Positions 61,415-64,000 of a stretch of DNA of 64,000 nt are shown here, in pieces. The position numbers and the translations under genes are program-made. This DNA comes from Treponemataceae bacterium. Its GTDB lineage: Bacteria; Spirochaetota; Spirochaetia; Treponematales; Rectinemataceae. The stretch lies in NCBI GenBank assembly GCA_963667725.2, contig CAXXHO010000003.1, positions 1,376,001 through 1,440,000 on the forward strand, written 5' to 3'. The notes below the pieces were generated by a model, which saw nothing but the letters and a program-made list of their open reading frames with translations, made no database searches and was not told the origin of the DNA. Each line of letters opens with the position of its first letter. The stretch's first letter is position 1.

Positions 61415-62821
61415 GTGAAATTTTTCATCGATCAACATGGCTGCGCCAAGAACCAGGTAGACGGCGAGGAAATCGCCGCCCGACTGGAGGACGCCGGCTA
61501 CGAATATGTAGCTTCCGGAGAGGAAGCCGATCTCATCATCGTCAATACCTGCGGTTTCATCGAATCGGCCAAGCGCGAGTCCATCGACGCGACGCTGGCA
61601 ATAAAAGCCCTGTGGCCGGACAAGAAAGTTCTCGTCGCGGGCTGCCTGGCCCAGCGATATCCGGAAGCGCTCCTGGACGAAATGGCGGAGATAGACGGCA
61701 TCTTCGGAAACGCCGATCTTTCCCTCGTGACGCAAGCGGTAGAAAAAACCATGGCCGGGGATCGCAAAGCCATCGTTCCCGCTCAGCCCACGGCCATAAG
61801 CGACGATTATTACATCAGGAAAAGGCTTTTCGATTTCCCCGGCGTCGCCTACGTAAAGGTGACCGAAGGCTGCAATAACCGATGCACCTATTGCGCGATT
61901 CCCCTCATCAGGGGAGACCTGCGCTCCAGGAGCATCGCCGACGTGAAGAATGAATGCCGAAACCTCATACAAGGAGGAATCTACGAGATCAATCTGATAG
62001 GCCAGGACCTAGGCGCCTATGGCTGGGATCTCACCGCCAGGGAAGAAAGCGGGGCCAAGACCGATCTCCCTGCCCTCCTCGCTGCCTTAAGCTCCCTGGA
62101 AGGAGATTTCCGCATCCGCGTCCTCTACATTCATCCCGACCACTTTCCAAAAGAAATACTCAAGGTCATGGCGCGCGATCCGCGCATCCTTCCCTATTTC
62201 GACCTTCCTTTCCAACACGCATCGGAGACCATCCTCAGGGCGATGAACAGAACCGGATCGATTCGGAAATACCTGGATCTCGTCGCCATGATCAGAGCCT
62301 CCTTACCGGAATCCATGATCCGCTGCACCTTCCTCGTCGGCTTTCCGGGAGAAACGGAAGAGGATTTCAAGGCGCTGCAGGCTTTCCAGTCCGAAGCGAA
62401 GCTGGACTGGATGGGCGTCTTCACCTACTCCCGAGAGGAAGGAACCCCGGCATATTCGATGAAAGGTCGCGTCGGTAAGAAAATCGCCGCTGAACGGAAA
62501 AAGCTGGTCGAGTCGGCACAGGAAACCATCACTCCCGAACGCCTGCGCCGCTTCATCGGTAGCGAGGTCGAAGTCATTTCTGAAGAGCCGGTGGAAGGCT
62601 CCGAGCTCAGCCTCTGCAGGGCATGGATGCAGGCGCCCGAAGTGGACGGCCTCACCGTGGTCAAGGGCGTATTGGCGCCCGGCCAGAGGGCTCGGGTCAA
62701 GATCGTCGCCGTGAACGGGGTCGATTTCGAGGCTGAACTCGCGGGAAGGGCGCGGCCTGCAGGGCTCGCCAGCCCGGCAGGGTCAGCAAAGCCGGCCGCG
62801 CCCATCGGAGCCGACGCCTGA
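61415..62821 (+). CDS. rimO: Ribosomal protein S12 methylthiotransferase RimO
   Basis: GCAKNQVD, VNTCGFIESAKRES, GCLAQRY, EGCNNRCTYC and APEVDG; GTG start at 61415 after GAGG. Confidence 0.95.
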   Translation: MKFFIDQHGCAKNQVDGEEIAARLEDAGYEYVASGEEADLIIVNTCGFIESAKRESIDATLAIKALWPDKKVLVAGCLAQRYPEALLDEMAEIDGIFGNADLSLVTQAVEKTMAGDRKAIVPAQPTAISDDYYIRKRLFDFPGVAYVKVTEGCNNRCTYCAIPLIRGDLRSRSIADVKNECRNLIQGGIYEINLIGQDLGAYGWDLTAREESGAKTDLPALLAALSSLEGDFRIRVLYIHPDHFPKEILKVMARDPRILPYFDLPFQHASETILRAMNRTGSIRKYLDLVAMIRASLPESMIRCTFLVGFPGETEEDFKALQAFQSEAKLDWMGVFTYSREEGTPAYSMKGRVGKKIAAERKKLVESAQETITPERLRRFIGSEVEVISEEPVEGSELSLCRAWMQAPEVDGLTVVKGVLAPGQRARVKIVAVNGVDFEAELAGRARPAGLASPAGSAKPAAPIGADA

Positions 62822-64000
62822 TGTCCGACGATCGGCCCCTGCCTCCCTACCTGTCTTCGCTCAACCCCGAGCAGCTTGAGGCAGTCCTCCACGAAGGTTC
62901 CCCGCTTCTCATCCTGGCCGGCGCTGGCACGGGCAAGACCAGGGTGATAACGACGAAAATCGCCTATCTCGTGAAGGAAAAAGCCGTACCGCCCGAATCC
63001 ATCCTCGCCGTTACCTTCACGAACAAGGCAGCCCGCGAAATGAGGGAGAGGGCGGCCATGCTCGAACCCCGCTGCGAGCGGGCTGTCATACGCACTTTCC
63101 ACTCCTTCGGCGCCTGGTTTCTGCGGAGAAACGCCGCGGCGGTAGGGCTGGATTCGAACTTCGTCATCTACGACGACGGAGATTCCTCCGAGCTGATCCA
63201 CGCGGCCCTGCCCCAGCTTGCAAGGCAGGAATGCAAGCGATATGGCTCCCTCATAGCGCGCGCCAAGGACTACAATCTCGAGCCCGATTCGCCCAACCTC
63301 AATGTCTCCCTGCGCGACGAGGACTTCAGGAGAATCTACGCGCTCTACGCGGAAAGGCTGAAAGCCACGGGCAACGTGGATTTCGGCGACCTCATCAGGC
63401 TGCCGACGAAGATCCTGGCCGAGGACGAGGCGATCACGAGGCGCACAAGGCAGCGATTCAGAGTGATACTCGTCGACGAGTACCAGGACGCCAACACGGC
63501 GCAGTTCCTCCTTCTCCAGGGCCTCGTCGGTCCGGACACGTACATCTGCGTGGTGGGCGACGACGATCAGTCGATCTACAAGTTCCGGGGCGCAGAAATC
63601 AAGAATATCCTCGGTTTCTCCAAAATATTCCCGGGCACGAAGACGATAAAGCTGGAGCGCAATTACCGTTCCTACCAGACCATTCTCGATATAGCGGGCA
63701 ACGTGGTCTCGCATAATTCCGGGAGGCTTGGAAAGACGCTGCGGGCCACCAAGCCAGGCGGCGCCAAGCCCCAGCTCGCCCTCCTCGACGACCAGGACCA
63801 GGAAGTGGAATTCTGCGCGAGGATAGTCAGGGACCATCAGAAGAAGGGCGGCAGGCTTTCGGACATCGCGATCCTCTACCGGACGAATGCCCAATCTCTC
63901 GCCTTCGAGAAAGATTTCCCGCGCAAGGGAATATCCTACCAGCTCGTCGGCGCCCTGCGCTTCTACGATCGAGAGGAAGTGAAGGACGTGCTCGCCTACC
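62821..64000 (+). CDS. uvrD: UvrD/PcrA/Rep family DNA helicase, runs off the window edge
   Basis: Manual translation from ATG 62821: LNPEQLEAV..LILAGAGTGKT..VTFTNKAAREM..VDEYQD..VGDDDQSIYKFRGA..LERNYRS..LYRTNAQS. Confidence 0.93.
   Translation, partial: MSDDRPLPPYLSSLNPEQLEAVLHEGSPLLILAGAGTGKTRVITTKIAYLVKEKAVPPESILAVTFTNKAAREMRERAAMLEPRCERAVIRTFHSFGAWFLRRNAAAVGLDSNFVIYDDGDSSELIHAALPQLARQECKRYGSLIARAKDYNLEPDSPNLNVSLRDEDFRRIYALYAERLKATGNVDFGDLIRLPTKILAEDEAITRRTRQRFRVILVDEYQDANTAQFLLLQGLVGPDTYICVVGDDDQSIYKFRGAEIKNILGFSKIFPGTKTIKLERNYRSYQTILDIAGNVVSHNSGRLGKTLRATKPGGAKPQLALLDDQDQEVEFCARIVRDHQKKGGRLSDIAILYRTNAQSLAFEKDFPRKGISYQLVGALRFYDREEVKDVLAY

Overview
Bacterial chromosome segment, most likely from an anaerobic spirochaete (Treponema/Rectinema-like). 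The taxon is inferred from the TGS-less ThrRS, ThrRS-domain nucleoside kinase, stand-alone groES, ankyrin lipoprotein, FabV and lolA-rodZ-rimO order. Bases 1-~10,000 are visibly AT-richer than the rest and end at the 3' end of a tRNA-Arg(CCT), so they look like an island. They carry a liv-type ABC operon, a SorC-regulated sugar cluster broken by an apparent deletion that fuses two convergent genes, and a PAS-GGDEF-EAL gene. The GC-rich remainder is mostly housekeeping and transport: ftsH, fabH-F-Z-V, rsmE, pepF, a streptococcal Ami-like oligopeptide ABC system, malic enzyme, a glycerophosphodiester-uptake cluster, thrS, clpS-clpA-aat plus a B12 radical SAM gene, pfp, lolA, rodZ, rimO and uvrD. 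Three signals stand out. (1) An RpoS-like sigma gene lies behind a sigma54-type promoter, and its conserved region 1.2 has no canonical in-frame start. It is reachable only by TAA readthrough, a -1 shift on A_AAA_AAC or a non-canonical start, unless this is a lesion or sequencing error. (2) thrS has a complete Thr(ACC) T-box riboswitch with an atypical, U-tract-less expression platform. (3) A 32-bp operator is shared by both halves of the deleted sugar cluster. No CRISPR array, rRNA, transposase or integrase was seen. All calls were made by eye, without database searches.
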